A stretch of 64,000 nucleotides of DNA. Source: Octopus sinensis (Eukaryota). Of the stretch, positions 25,336-37,439 are shown piece after piece. The first letter of the stretch is position 1, and the number at the start of each line of letters is the position of its first letter. The stretch covers positions 1,426,001 through 1,490,000 of the forward strand of contig NC_043026.1 of NCBI RefSeq assembly GCF_006345805.1. The letters are read 5' to 3'. The notes beneath the pieces were generated by a model that was not told the origin of the DNA, did no database searches, and was given only the letters and a program-made list of their open reading frames with translations. Made by a program: the position numbers and the translations under genes.

Positions 25336-26317
25336 ACAAATCTATCGGACTTTCAAAGAGGTCAAATTGTATGGCAGGCACTAGCTTAATAAAAACAGGC
25401 AAAATGTTTGATGTATCAAGAAGTACTGTTTCGAAAGAAATGACAGCCTTTAAGAAAGAGGGAAAAACCACTTCAGTGAAACAAAACTTTCAGATAGGGA
25501 CCATTGAAAGGATCACAAAAGTACAGCTCCCAAAATTTCTGCAGAGCTTAATGACCACCTCGAGAATCCAGTTTCCACAAAAACTGCTTGCTGGGAGCTG
25601 CACAAAGCCACTTTCAAAACAAACGTTGCAAAGCATTTAGAGTGGAGTAAAAACCTACAGAATTGGTCCCTAGAGCAGTGGAAGAATGTTATTTTCTCAG
25701 ACAAGTCATCCTTTACCCTATACTGTATACTCATCCAACCACCAGATGAGTGTACATGCGGAGACAGCCATAAGAAGCATTTGACCCAGACTGCTTTCTT
25801 CCAACTGTTAAACATGGAGGAGGATCAGTGATTATCTGGGGGCGGGGGGGCTATATCTTGGAAATACACTTGGAAATACATGGCAGAATTAAAAGTCAAG
25901 ACTATTTAAGCATTTTATCTGATCAAATTCATCCTATGGTTGCAGAACTGTTTCTGGGGGGAAACGCAATCTTTCAGGATAATAATGCACCAATTCACAC
26001 ATCTAAAGTTGTTACTGAATGGCACGAGGAACATTCTAGTGAAGTTGAGCATCTTACCTGGACACCACAGACCCCAGATCTCAATATTATTGAACATTTA
26101 TGGTGCATTTTAGAAAAACAAGTAAGGAGTCGATATCCTCCACCATCATCGCTACAAGAACTGGAGACTGTTTCAGCAGAAGAATGGACAAAAATTCCTT
26201 TGAAACAATACAAACTCTGTACGAGTCCATACCTCATAGAATTCAAATTAAAATGAATTTATTAAAATGAATTTATTTGAAATTTTAAGGTGTTTCTATT
26301 ATTTTGTCCAACCCCTG
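25336..26317 (+). mobile_element. Tc1-like transposon lacking its left TIR
   Basis: LSDFQRGQIV, FDVSRSTVSK, FSDKSSF, GGSVIIWG, FQDNNAPIH, PDLNIIEHLW; right TIR ..ATTTTGTCCAACCCCTG then TA. Confidence 0.92.
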
Positions 26318-26398
26318 TATATATATATATATATATGATTAAATATATATAAATTAGGAAATGGAGTTAAACGCAAGTGTTATTCAAATCTTTATACT

Positions 26399-26479
26399 TT
26401 CGACATATGTTTCGAAGAAAACATTGGTATTATTCCAGAGGGAATAAAATGATGTAAAACAATGCGATCTTCTTAGGAA
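26399..26479 (-). ncRNA. Degenerate hammerhead motif
   Basis: UUC-CUAAGA (G5 lost)-long helix II-GAAAC-AUAU-GUC/GAA. Confidence 0.45.
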
Positions 26480-27063
26480 TAAAAAGAGAAACAAAGCACA
26501 TCAATAATTCATTTTAACTGAATGTGATTACTGCGTATATGATGAAGGGAATGCTGGCAAGTTATTTCTTAAAAAACTGTTAACAGATTTAATGTCAAGG
26601 TCAACTTAGAGAAAGAGAAGGAGGAGAAAGAAAGAAATTAACAGAAAATTAAGAGTGGAGAAATACAGTGCAAATAGGTTAAAGCATGATGGGAAGAACA
26701 AAAAGGCGGTAAGAGAAAATAACTCAAAGTTTATAGAGGTGTAGTGAATGTCTCATACACAATAAATTCTTAATTTATTAGAATTATCTTCACACTCAGA
26801 GAATGAAATAAAAAAAAAACCTGATAATAATCATTAGCAACACTGAATGAAAAGGGGAGATAATTTCAAAATATTATGAATTTCACAGTTGAAGAAATTT
26901 GCTTTTGGTAAAAGGGCAAATCTGATATTTGTGTGCTGTTTGTTGGCTGTGTGTGTGGGTGTCTTTGGTTTTGTTTTGTGTTTGCTTGTGTTTACGCATC
27001 ATCTGTTTTTCTTTGTATTTGTCATTTCTTAACATCTGTCTCTGTCTCCTTTTGCCATGCCAG

Positions 27064-27165
27064 TTAAATCTCAACTTCTGCCTGAGTGAGTTCACTGACA
27101 GTCTTACAGAGAAGTTGCTGGCCCTGATCCAGTTTTACACTATGGACCCACTTTACCTGTCACAG
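27064..27165 (+). CDS. Putative internal coding exon (phase 0-0) of an unidentified gene
   Basis: Polypyrimidine tract plus CCAG acceptor, CAG/GTGAGT donor, 102 nt open frame LNLNFCLSEFTDSLTEKLLALIQFYTMDPLYLSQ. Confidence 0.6.
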
Positions 27166-28028
27166 GTGAGTAAACAACCAGAGACTGGACAGTTATTTGC
27201 TTCAATAATTTCAACTGCATGCCTGTCTATCCTTCTGCTCATGTGTCATGCGAGTGTGTTTGTATGTGTATCTATCAATCTGTGTGTGTGTGTGTATGAA
27301 CTTTAGGTTAGTTAAAGTATGATTGTGACATATTTCAACTTCTAAAGTCAAACCCACTGCAGTTACTGTGGAGAAAAAATGTCTCTCTTGTGGCAAAAAA
27401 AGGTATAAAAACACCATATCTGTCCATCCAGTGCTGCCCCCTGCCAGATTCCCAAATCTGTTTCTAGCTCTTTAGCTATATTCAATGGAAAATACCAAAG
27501 AGAGACAAATCTGAGTCAACTTAAAGCTTTAACTAAAACACAGTCAACAACATTGACTAATTTGCACCAACAGACTGCCAGGTGAGGAAATATTCACAGC
27601 AGCAAGCAGTGTTTAGACATAAATGAACTTTAGGTTGGTTAATGACATATTTAAATTTCTAGATTAAGACTTAAAGCTTTAATTAAATCTGTTGAGAAAT
27701 GCCTCTCAGAAGTGGTCAAGAAGAGACCAAATAAATTATTGGACATGCGATAAAACGCAGATTATGATATACATATATATGTATGTATATTTGAGGAAAT
27801 GGGTTGAGAGGGTTTTTGGGAGACGATTTTTATTTGAAGCTTGAAACTCATACAAGAATCGCTCACTGTAAACATTATTATTAAAATAAAAATTGTCCCC
27901 TAAAAAGCCATCTTTACTCATTTTTTCAAATGTATAATACTGTACCATGAACTTTCTTTTCATTATCCTACTATATATATATATATATATATATACTTTA
28001 TTTAGAGCAGCAGAAAATTCAACAAAAT

Positions 28029-28066
28029 CTGTTACTCTGAGTTTCTCGTTGCCATTCATCAGACAG
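28029..28066 (-). ncRNA. Minimal hammerhead motif
   Basis: CUGU-CUGAUGA-AUGGCAACGA-GAAAC-UCAGA-GUA/ACAG; one mismatch in short helix II. Confidence 0.6.
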
Positions 28067-29379
28067 TTTTTGCTAGAATGGAACCGATATATCAATTCAA
28101 TCTAGACTCTTACAAACGCTACACCTTTAAAAAAAAAATGGACTTGTTTGATTGGCCCTTTAGAAATAACGGTCAATCTTCGAGTGATAAACAAAAAAAG
28201 CTCAAAAATATATGTATATATATATAAAAAATTATAAAAATTATAAAATTCGAGGAAAAAACCTTACATTGAATAAAATACATATTGACGTTAATGAAGA
28301 AAGTATAATTAATGCATAAAAATTAAACCCGTTATAAATATTACACTGCAATACATATTTATATTAAAGTGTACATATATATATCAACATACACAGAAGG
28401 ATGCGTGCAAACGCCATACATATACAGACGTATAAATATAAATCTAAAATATACACATAAATGCATGCGTACATATATGCACGCAATCTATCTCGCACGC
28501 AAGTTAAAATCATCGATGTAGTGATTCCCATATACTGAGTAAAGCTTAAGTAAGGGGGACGTAAAGTTGCATCAGTATCAGTTAGAGAAAAAAACGAAAG
28601 AAGGGAAGAGAGAGAAAAAGGAACGAAGAAGGGGGAAGGAAAAAAAGAAAAAGGAGATTAGCAAAGATAGTCAAACCTTCGTGCATAATCTTAGCAAACA
28701 CAATACAATAGATGACAGAATTTCACTGGCATTTCAAGTGTTGCAGGAAAGTTACCAGGATGTAGCAAAGAAATATCCTTGTTTCGATGTCAGGCTCAAT
28801 AACAGTAGTTCAACAGAATTTGTCAAACGTTTCGTTTCAAACAGCTGCAATTTTTAAAAAGATTTGAAAGTGTATATTCTCAGAAAATATTCTGAATCTG
28901 CTTCATTTTCACTTTGCAGAGGAGAAATCTGTTTGCAAGCTATTCATCTTAGTTATCTATCTAATCCCATTTCAAGAAATAAATTAATTCTGGTTAATAT
29001 CTGATTATTGTTTTATGGCTCTTTGACCTCTGATATGAAAACCAGTTGAATCTAGCCAACTCTTAATGTGTTTTCATTCTCTTCAATAATGTCTCACTCA
29101 GAGAGTCAATAAACATCTTGAGGTATTTTTTCTCTGATGAAAACAGTTTTTCCATGATGTAACTGAACTATTCATCAATGAAAAATGTGTCTCAAACAAC
29201 TATAGTGAACATTTAACGCATTTGTGTTCTTATTTTATGCAAATACCATACATGGAATCTTTCCAATGTTGGATCTGGAACTTGCATTGTGTCATGAACT
29301 TACATGCATATGTGCATGGGTGTATATTTGCCTGCATATGCTTATGTGTGTATATATGTATGCATATACTACTACTAGC

Positions 29380-29645
29380 ACTTCATCAGTTACAACGTCA
29401 AGGGTTACAGTTGATCCAATCAACAGAAACAGCCTGCTCGTGAAATTAACGTGCAAGTGGCTGAGCGCTCCACAGACATGCATAACCGTAACTGAGTGTG
29501 ATAAGGTACTACTCCTGTTTTGCTAGCTAAGTGGACTGGAGCACTGTGAAATGAAGTGTCTTGCTCAAGGATACAATGCACCACTGGGAATTGAACTCAT
29601 GAACTTACGATCATCATCCAATTACCCTAACCACTAAGTCACGTC
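29380..29645 (-). mobile_element. SINE
   Basis: tRNA-like head (GGAATTGAACTC..CCCTAACCACTAAG on + strand) and shared body. Confidence 0.75.
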
Positions 29646-29712
29646 TACATATATATAAATGTATGAATATGTTCATATATGTACATGTATGTATGAATGT
29701 GTAATTCAATGA

Positions 29713-29745
<33 letters not shown>

Positions 29746-30125
29746 AAGTAATACTTGTAGCCACTTCAACATGGCTGTTTGTTTGAATGGACTCTACTAC
29801 AATTTTTTAACCCCAAGAGGACATCTCTTCTAGCTGGTTAGTGATGCAGAGCAGCATCTGATAAATTGCAAGCAGGGGAGCAGACCCCTTCTAGTGACGG
29901 GACCAGCAGACCAGTCCTAGTTTTGGGCTATTTTTGCCACTCTTCAGTATTAGACACCTCATCTGCTTGAGATGGCTGTAGCTCACTTCTGCTTGCAATA
30001 TATATATATTTCAAGCAAACACACAGTGACTGATTTTGCAAGAGATAGTGCAACTACTGCATTGATCTCTTAAAGAGATTTTGCAACTAGCATTTTTGCC
30101 TGTTTTATATATATATATATATATA

Positions 30126-30655
30126 TCTTATATGAAATCCGTTCTGTCTGTCTGTCTGTGTGTCTTCTCGGATCTCGGGCATCCTTCATCCGATTGTGCT
30201 CAAATTTGATACGTAGATACGTATCAGGTATCAGGACGTGAAAAAATTACAAAAATTGATTCCAGGTGAGAATGCAATCGATAAAGCCGTTTTTGTCCTG
30301 CTTTTCAACCTGTACATAACTGCAGCTTCCATTTTTTGTTGTTTTTGTACTGCTTAAAGGCACGTTTCTTTCCTACCAAGCTTACTATTTAAGCCATGTT
30401 TGTGTTCTCCCAGTCAACAGCCTTATCATTACTGGTACTTTAAACTCTTCGGTTGCATATTTGTGTGAATAAAATCGTTTTGCTTTGGAATAGAAAAAAT
30501 GTCTATCTTTATTTCTTCTTTTGCTGGTGTCTCAAATTTAGGTTAAATCAGTGTTTCTTATGGGACGGTCGGACAAGTTGTTTTGAGAAAATTTGGTTTA
30601 AATGTTTGACAACTCAGCACCGTCCATTGGACAGGGGAGGGGGCGTTTTGCTCAT
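30126..30655 (+). mobile_element. Helentron/DINE-like element (copy 2)
   Basis: Matches 20870-21422 along its length. Confidence 0.5.
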
Positions 30656-30680
30656 ATATATATATATATGTATATATATA

Positions 30681-33187
30681 TAACGTGGTGGTGGAACAAT
30701 ACTGTTGACAGGGCTATTAGACAAAAGAAACAGGCTTGGAAGGACTGGAAGAACGGTGGTAGCAGGGAAGTGTATCAGACTGCAAGAAGGGAAACTAGGA
30801 GGCAGATTTATTTAGCCAGATTTATTTAACAGATAAGAAAAAATTTGCCAATGTCCTGCACCGTGAGGATGAAAGACTTGAGGTATTTCGTAAAGCAAGA
30901 CAGTGTGTGAGAGAGAATCGTGACGTGGTAGGAGAAAAATGTGTTCGCACGGATGACGGCTCACTTGCGCTAAATGAGGATGCAAAGAGAGAGGTTTGGA
31001 GACGCACTATGAAAGGTTGCTGAATGAGGAAAATGAATGGGATAAAGAGAGTCTGCCGAATGTTGACCCAACAGAGGGACCAGCAATCCGAGTTGACAGT
31101 TCCTTAGTAGTTAAGGCAATTACAAGCATGAAAACAGGGAAAGCCCCAGGCCCATCAGGAATTACTGCAGAGATGCTCAAAATATCTGGTAGTGTCGGCT
31201 ATAGCCTAATCACCTGTATTAAGGAGTCATTCCCAATGACTGGTGTAGCAGCATAATAGTCAACTGCTACAAAGGTAAAGGTGACGCCCTAGATACAAAT
31301 AACTAAAGGGGTATCAAGCTGCTAGATGAGGTAATGAAGGTTACGGAGAGGGTTATAACCCAACTAATTAGAGAGAGAGTTAGCTCAGATCAGATGCAGT
31401 TTGGGTTCATGCCAGGGAAAAGTACTACTAATGCTATTTTCCTGGTAAGACAGCTGCAGGAGAAATACCTAGCCAAAGACAAGCCCCTATACCTGGCTTT
31501 TGTCGATATGGAGAAAGCCTTTGACAGGGTCCCCCGATCCCTTATCTGGTGGTCAGTGAGGAAACTAGGGATAGATGAATGGTTAGTGAGAGCTGTACAA
31601 GCCATGTACAGAGACGCTGCTAGTAAGCTGAGGGTTGGCATCGAGTACAGTGAAGAATTCAGGGTAGAGGTTGGGGTCCACCAAGGTTCAATCCTCAGCT
31701 CCCAATAACAGAGGAATTCAAAACAGGATGCCCCTGGGAGCTCCTCTATGCTGATGACCTTGCTTTATCAGAACTGGAGGAGAAGTTTCAGGTATGGAAG
31801 CAAGGTTTAGAATCGAAGGGCCTTAGAATCAACCAAAGTCGTAATAAGTAGGAAGGTAGACCAATCACAAACGCCTTCAGGTAGATGGCCTTGCTCGATC
31901 TGTAGAAAAGGTGTAGGTAGAAACTCTATAAGATGCACCAAATGTAAGCTATGGACACATAAGAGATGTAGTAATGTCAAAGGAAGACTAACTATGAAAA
32001 TAGTTTTTATCTGTGGCAGATGCTCAGGAGCAATAAACTCTGAAAATATGCAGAGACCAACTTCTATCACATTTCAGGGAGAAAAACTAGAAGTAGTTGA
32101 TAGCTTCCGCTACCTAGGTGACCAAGTCAGTAGCGGGGGTGGGTGTGCTGAAAGTGTGGGCAAAGTCTGGGCAAAGTTTAGAGAGCTCTTACCCCTGCTG
32201 GTGGCAAAAGGCCTCTCGCTCAAAGTAAAAGGCAGACTGTATGATGCATGTGTACGTACAGCCATGCTACATGGTAGTGAAACTTGGGCTGTGACTGCTG
32301 AGGATTTGCATAAGCTCACAAGAAATGAAGCTAGTATGCTCCGTTGGATGTGTAATGTCAGTGTTCATAGTCGACAGAGTGTAAGTACCTTGAGAGAAAA
32401 GTTGGACCTAAGAGGAATCAGATGTTGTGTGCAAGAGAGACGATTGCGCTGGTATGGTCATGTGGTGAGAATGGATGAAGATAGGTGTGTGAAAAAGTGC
32501 CACACCCTGGCAGTTGAGGGGACCTGTGGAAGAGGTAGACCCAGGAAAACCTGGGTCGAGGTGGTGAAACACGACCTTCGAACTCTAGGTCTCACCAAGG
32601 AAATGACCAGAGACCGAGACCTATGGAAGTATGCTGTGCGTGAGAAGACCCGGCAAGACCAGTGAGAACAGTCAAAATCAAAATCAAACCAAATCAAATC
32701 AGATATCAGAAAGCAGAACCAAAATTGAGGTCGATCAACATCAGTGGAAATTGCAGCTGTGGTTAGGCGAACCATCCGATCGTGGTTGTTGCCGGCACCG
32801 CCCTGTCTGGCCTCCGTGCTGGTGGCACGTAAAAGCACCATCCGTTCATGTCCACTGCCAGCCTCACCTGGCCCCCGTGCCAGTGGCACATAAAAGCACC
32901 ATCCGTTCCTGTCCGTTGCCAGCCTCGCCTGGCCCCCGTGCCGGTGGCACGTAAAAGCACCATCCGTTCGTGGCCGTTTGCCAGCTCTGTCTGGCACCTG
33001 TGCGGGTGGCACGTAAAAAGCACCCACTACACTCACGGAGTGGTTGGCGTTAGGAAGAGCATCCAGCCGTAGAAACAATGCTAGATCTGACTGGGCCTGA
33101 TGAAGCCTCCCAGCTTCACAGACCCCAGTTGAACCGTCCAACTCATGCTAGCATGGAAAACGGACGCTAAATGATGATGATGATGAT
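30681..33187 (+). mobile_element. 5'-truncated RTE LINE
   Basis: RT (QFGFMPGKSTT, AFVDMEKAFDRVPR, YADD), intact PHD-like finger, 3' UTR repeats, (GAT)n tail. Confidence 0.95.
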
Positions 33188-33199
33188 ATATACCACCAA

Positions 33200-33680
33200 A
33201 TAAGTTAGGGGTGTGGATCCAACCCACTAAGGGATAATATTTATCCAACATACTGTTGGTATAAATACCCAAATTCTTAATACACAAGTGTTTTTAATTG
33301 TAATCCAAATAACTTACTTATTGTATTAAACGGGTGAAGGTAAAGAAATATTTTACCATTAATTTATAATACAAATAAGAAAATGGAGAAACACATAAGT
33401 TGGTTTATCAGCTTTAGGATATTAGAATGTTGACTTATTTATTTAAAAAAACAAGAACCAATATAACATACATATATACGTTATAAGTCAATACATATAA
33501 GATAAGAATATAATTATAAAAATCATAAAATAAATTATTGAAATCATTAAAATCACTCCTTACAGCTGTTTCAGCCTATGGAAAAAGTAATTTGTTATGC
33601 TCATACAAGGTTGTATGCAGTTAAAAATGAGGTACTTATATATTTCCATAGGCCTCGTCAGAGATTATAAAGTACATTAA
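33200..33680 (-). mobile_element. PLE terminal-repeat remnant (paralog of 13545-14020)
   Basis: Collinear similarity including the hammerhead. Confidence 0.7.
33558..33664 (-). ncRNA. Type I hammerhead ribozyme motif, intact core
   Basis: UCU-CUGACGA-GGCCUAUGGAAA-(58 nt)-UUUCCAUAGGCU-GAAAC-AGCU-GUA/AGG. Confidence 0.8.
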
Positions 33681-34029
33681 AGATATATATGTGTGTGTTG
33701 TGTGTGTGTGTGTGTGTCAAGATGGTTGCACAGCCAGAAGTCAATAGCTGAAAACAAAAGGGGAGATAATCCCCAATTATTACCTTTCAGTAGTGAGGCA
33801 TTTCCTCCTCCATATTTTTAAGAGGTCGTGGGCCAATAATGATAAGGAGAAGATGATGATGTGTGTGTGTGTGAGTGTGTGTGGGTACTGTATTTACTAA
33901 TGTGGAACTAGGGTATGACTAAAACACAGAAAAAAGCTGATACCAGGTTTGAATATGATGAGAAAAAAGTTTTCGCCAAGATTTAACACTAAATTATGGC
34001 TATGACTTATACACGAATAAATATAAGTG

Positions 34030-34420
34030 GCTGTGTGCAGGCAGAGGTGTAGGTGTGTGGTAAGAAGCTTGCTTCCTAACCACATGGTTTGGGGTTCAAT
34101 CCAACTGTATGGCACCTTGGGCAGGTGTCTTCTAATATAGCCCCGGGCTGACCAATGCCTTGTGAGTGTATTTGATAGATGAAAACTGAAAGAAGCCCAT
34201 CATATATATATATATATACACACTCATATATCTGTGTGTGTGTGTGTGTGTCTTTGTATCTGTGTTTGTCCCTATCTCCATCGCTTGACAACTGGTACAG
34301 TGTAAGTTAGCAATTTGGTAAAAGAGTCTGATAGAATAAGTACTGGGATCTATTTCTTTGACTAAAACCCTTTAAGGCAATGCTCCAGGATGGCCGCAGT
34401 CAAATAAGTAAAAGAATAAA
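34030..34420 (+). mobile_element. SINE
   Basis: Head GTGTGTGGTAAGAAGCTTGCTTCCTAACCACATGG and tail TGCTCCAG.ATGGCCGCAGTCAAAT. Confidence 0.8.
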
Positions 34421-34514
34421 AGTATATATACACATTGATACCCATATACACACATACACACACGCGTGCTTATGTAAGCATGTACATTATTTCCTTTTCT
34501 CTTTTCTTTTCCAG

Positions 34515-34853
34515 AATTCCATGGCTGAAAAGCTTGTTGTCATGCTTGGTGCACCTTATTCTCAGCAGTTGCTCCACCGGTTACTCTTGAAGCCCAGTCA
34601 AGAATACCACATCAGGGGACACATGTGCCTGTGTCAGTATGCTGAAGAGTTTCTCCTGCATTATTTTGGATCCATAGAAAACTCCGAAAGTATGGCCGTT
34701 CTTGATAGCGTCTTTTCCAAGTATCTCAACTGTTCAATACGAAAGAAGAGTTTAAACACAGTAAAGGAGATGTTGAAACTGACCGATGATGACCACCCCT
34801 GTGAACAACAACAACAACAGCAACAACATGAACAACAGCAACCAGTCATCTGA
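34515..34853 (+). CDS. Putative terminal coding exon (phase 0) with polyQ tail, unidentified product
   Basis: Strong acceptor TTTCCTTTTCTCTTTTCTTTTCCAG; 112 codons of non-repetitive protein-like sequence to TGA; AATAAA about 50 nt downstream. Confidence 0.65.
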   Translation, partial: NSMAEKLVVMLGAPYSQQLLHRLLLKPSQEYHIRGHMCLCQYAEEFLLHYFGSIENSESMAVLDSVFSKYLNCSIRKKSLNTVKEMLKLTDDDHPCEQQQQQQQHEQQQPVI

Positions 34854-35429
34854 TGAGGGATCCACTCAAACTGCTGAAGAAAAAAAAAGGAAAATAGCAA
34901 ATAAATCACCTTAAAATCCCACATACACCCAAAATTAAAAAGGTCAAAGGTTACATTGGATGATATAGTCCCAGATAGACTATGACTAAAGAAAAGAGAT
35001 GGGCATGGCTGGAACGCAGTGCCAAATATCTTGCATCAGTGGACAGTTTCGTTTCTGACATTCAAAACTGACAGATTGGATATGGCTTTCATCATAGGAT
35101 TGCTTGACCAACGTTGATCCAGGGTGAAACAAAAGCAAAGAAGGATACATTGCACAAAATAGTCCAATATATATATATGTGTGTGTTTGTATATGTATAT
35201 ATATATATGTGTGTGTGTGTGTATGTATATGTGTGTGTGTGTATATGTATATATATATATGTGTGTGTATGTATATGTATATATATGTGTGTGTGTGTGT
35301 GTATATGTATATATATATATGTGTGTGTATGTATATGTATATATATATGTGTGTGTGTGTGTGTGTACATTATATGTACACACATACGCACACACACACA
35401 AACACACACACACATATATATGATGATAT

Positions 35430-36500
35430 TGTTACGAGGGGACCTCCGAAAACTGTTACGGAATCCCTCACACAGGCCCGTTCGATGCAGCGAATATTTT
35501 CGCCACGGAAACTCGGAGAGGAGAGAGAGAGACAACAACAACAGCAGCAGCAGCACAGAGCCAATCGAGAGAGACACAATGAGGCAAGGCAATTGGCTTA
35601 CATTTAACGACTAGTTTATATGTCTATTACAATTGTTACAACAACAAATACATTTCAGATACATTTAAAAGAGGACCTGCAAGTAACAACTCAATACATC
35701 ATACAGGTATACCACAGATCAAAGCATTTAAACATGCAGATACAATATAACCGTCCGGTAACAACACATCAATTTCAATAACAACAGCAATTAAAGAAAA
35801 CACATGCAAGAAACAGGTATACAATGTTCATGTCACAAATAATTCACGTTACAAATCAATGTTCAAATCCAATTAAAACAAATAACGTTCACAGTTCTTT
35901 AAAGTCTTTAAAGACTACATCAGAGTCTTTCTTTTCCACAACAATTCTGAACATAAATACCACAACTCGATAATCAACACATCAACAAGTCCTTTACTCA
36001 ATTCACATTGTTCTTTTCACTGTCTCATTTCTTTTCAACATTTCGATACATCGATTCCTTTTCCTTCTTTTTCTTCACATATCAATACACAATTCACGTA
36101 CCTTACATTAGCCAACGCCTCATGTTGTACTTCCTCTCTATCAGCCGCCTATTCCTCTGCATATATCTCTCTCTGTCCTAATACTCCAAAACCGCCGACT
36201 GCTTAATTCCAACCGCTCGCCTTGACAACCAAATACCGACTGTCCAAAACCTCTTGCTCTGTCACCACCCCCAATCTGTCTTAGCACTGCTAATACTCTC
36301 TCTATCTGCTCTCAGATTCCTTAATCTGTCTTCCTCACTACTTTCTTCTTCCTCTTCTTCACTGTCTCTCACACACTGAACTGCTTACTTAAGGGGGCAG
36401 CCCTCCCAATGAACCCTAATTCACCCGAAGGGGTCGGGGAGTCTCCAAGCCAGCAAAGTAGGTCACAGCCAACTGTCCTTAGATTGAACTATTCATAGCA
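35430..36500 (-). mobile_element. Probable solo LTR
   Basis: TGTTACGAG..TTCATAGCA termini (imperfect inverted), ATAT on both sides, 1071 bp; the TSD is weak evidence in TA-rich DNA. Confidence 0.5.
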
Positions 36501-37016
36501 ATATATACACATACACATTGAGAGAAAGAGATGCAGATCAACACAGAGTTGGTTCATTATTGTTGGTATCACCACCAAGCAGTATCTCGGTAGCAGTGGG
36601 AATTTTTCTCCACAAATAACTGCAGTGAAATTCTTTTTAGCAATTGAGTTATGTCACAAACATATTTTATCTAACCTAAAGTTCACTTATGCCTAAACAC
36701 TGCTTGATGCCGGTACTGACAAATTTCTTCCGACCTGGCAGTCTAATAGCAGAAATCCATCAATGTTGTTGACTGTGCTTTTGTTAAAGCTATGGCATTA
36801 AGTCTGTGCAGAGTTACATCTCTTGATAATATCTCATTGATAATGGCTAAAAATCTGGAAACGCACCATCTGGGATTCTGAAAAGGGGCCGCACCGAACA
36901 GTTACAGTGTTTTTACACCTCTTACCATAAGAGATATTTTTCTCCACAGTAACTTCAGTGAATTTGCCTGTAGAAGTTGAATTATGTTGCAAACATATTT
37001 TAACTAACCTAAAGTT

Positions 37017-37049
<33 letters not shown>

Positions 37050-37439
37050 TTATGAGGTTACATACAGAATTATTGATAGATACAAAAACTAAATATATCC
37101 ACAAGATCAACACATATGTACAAGCATCGATATTTATATATATTGATAAATAAAGTTACTTTTACATGGAGTCCCCCCCCCCAAAAAAAAACCCAGAATG
37201 AATAGTTTTTAACCCAACAGCTGTTTATGGGAGCTGTTGAGTTACGCATGTTCCCTTAATTTTCGTTATTTTCATAGTTCATGTTAAAGTAAATTTATTT
37301 ATAAATGCGTGTATATATGTGTTTATCTTCTGAAAGTATTTAGTCTTTGTGTCTACATATTTCTATACATATCTATTTGTGAACATACATGCATGTATAT
37401 TTACATATATCAAACTTAATTGTGTTCATCTTCATCACT

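Noticed and set aside
25275-25640. Functional SLC25A3-Tc1 fusion ORF
   Set aside because: Starts in antisense pseudogene sequence and wanders between transposase frames; no intact domain
27468-27581. Open exon candidate with CAG/GTGAGG donor
   Set aside because: Phase incompatible with the exons at 27064 and 34515; weak acceptor
28567-28857. 96-aa ORF as a gene
   Set aside because: Starts in a purine-rich simple repeat, with no recognisable motif or splice context
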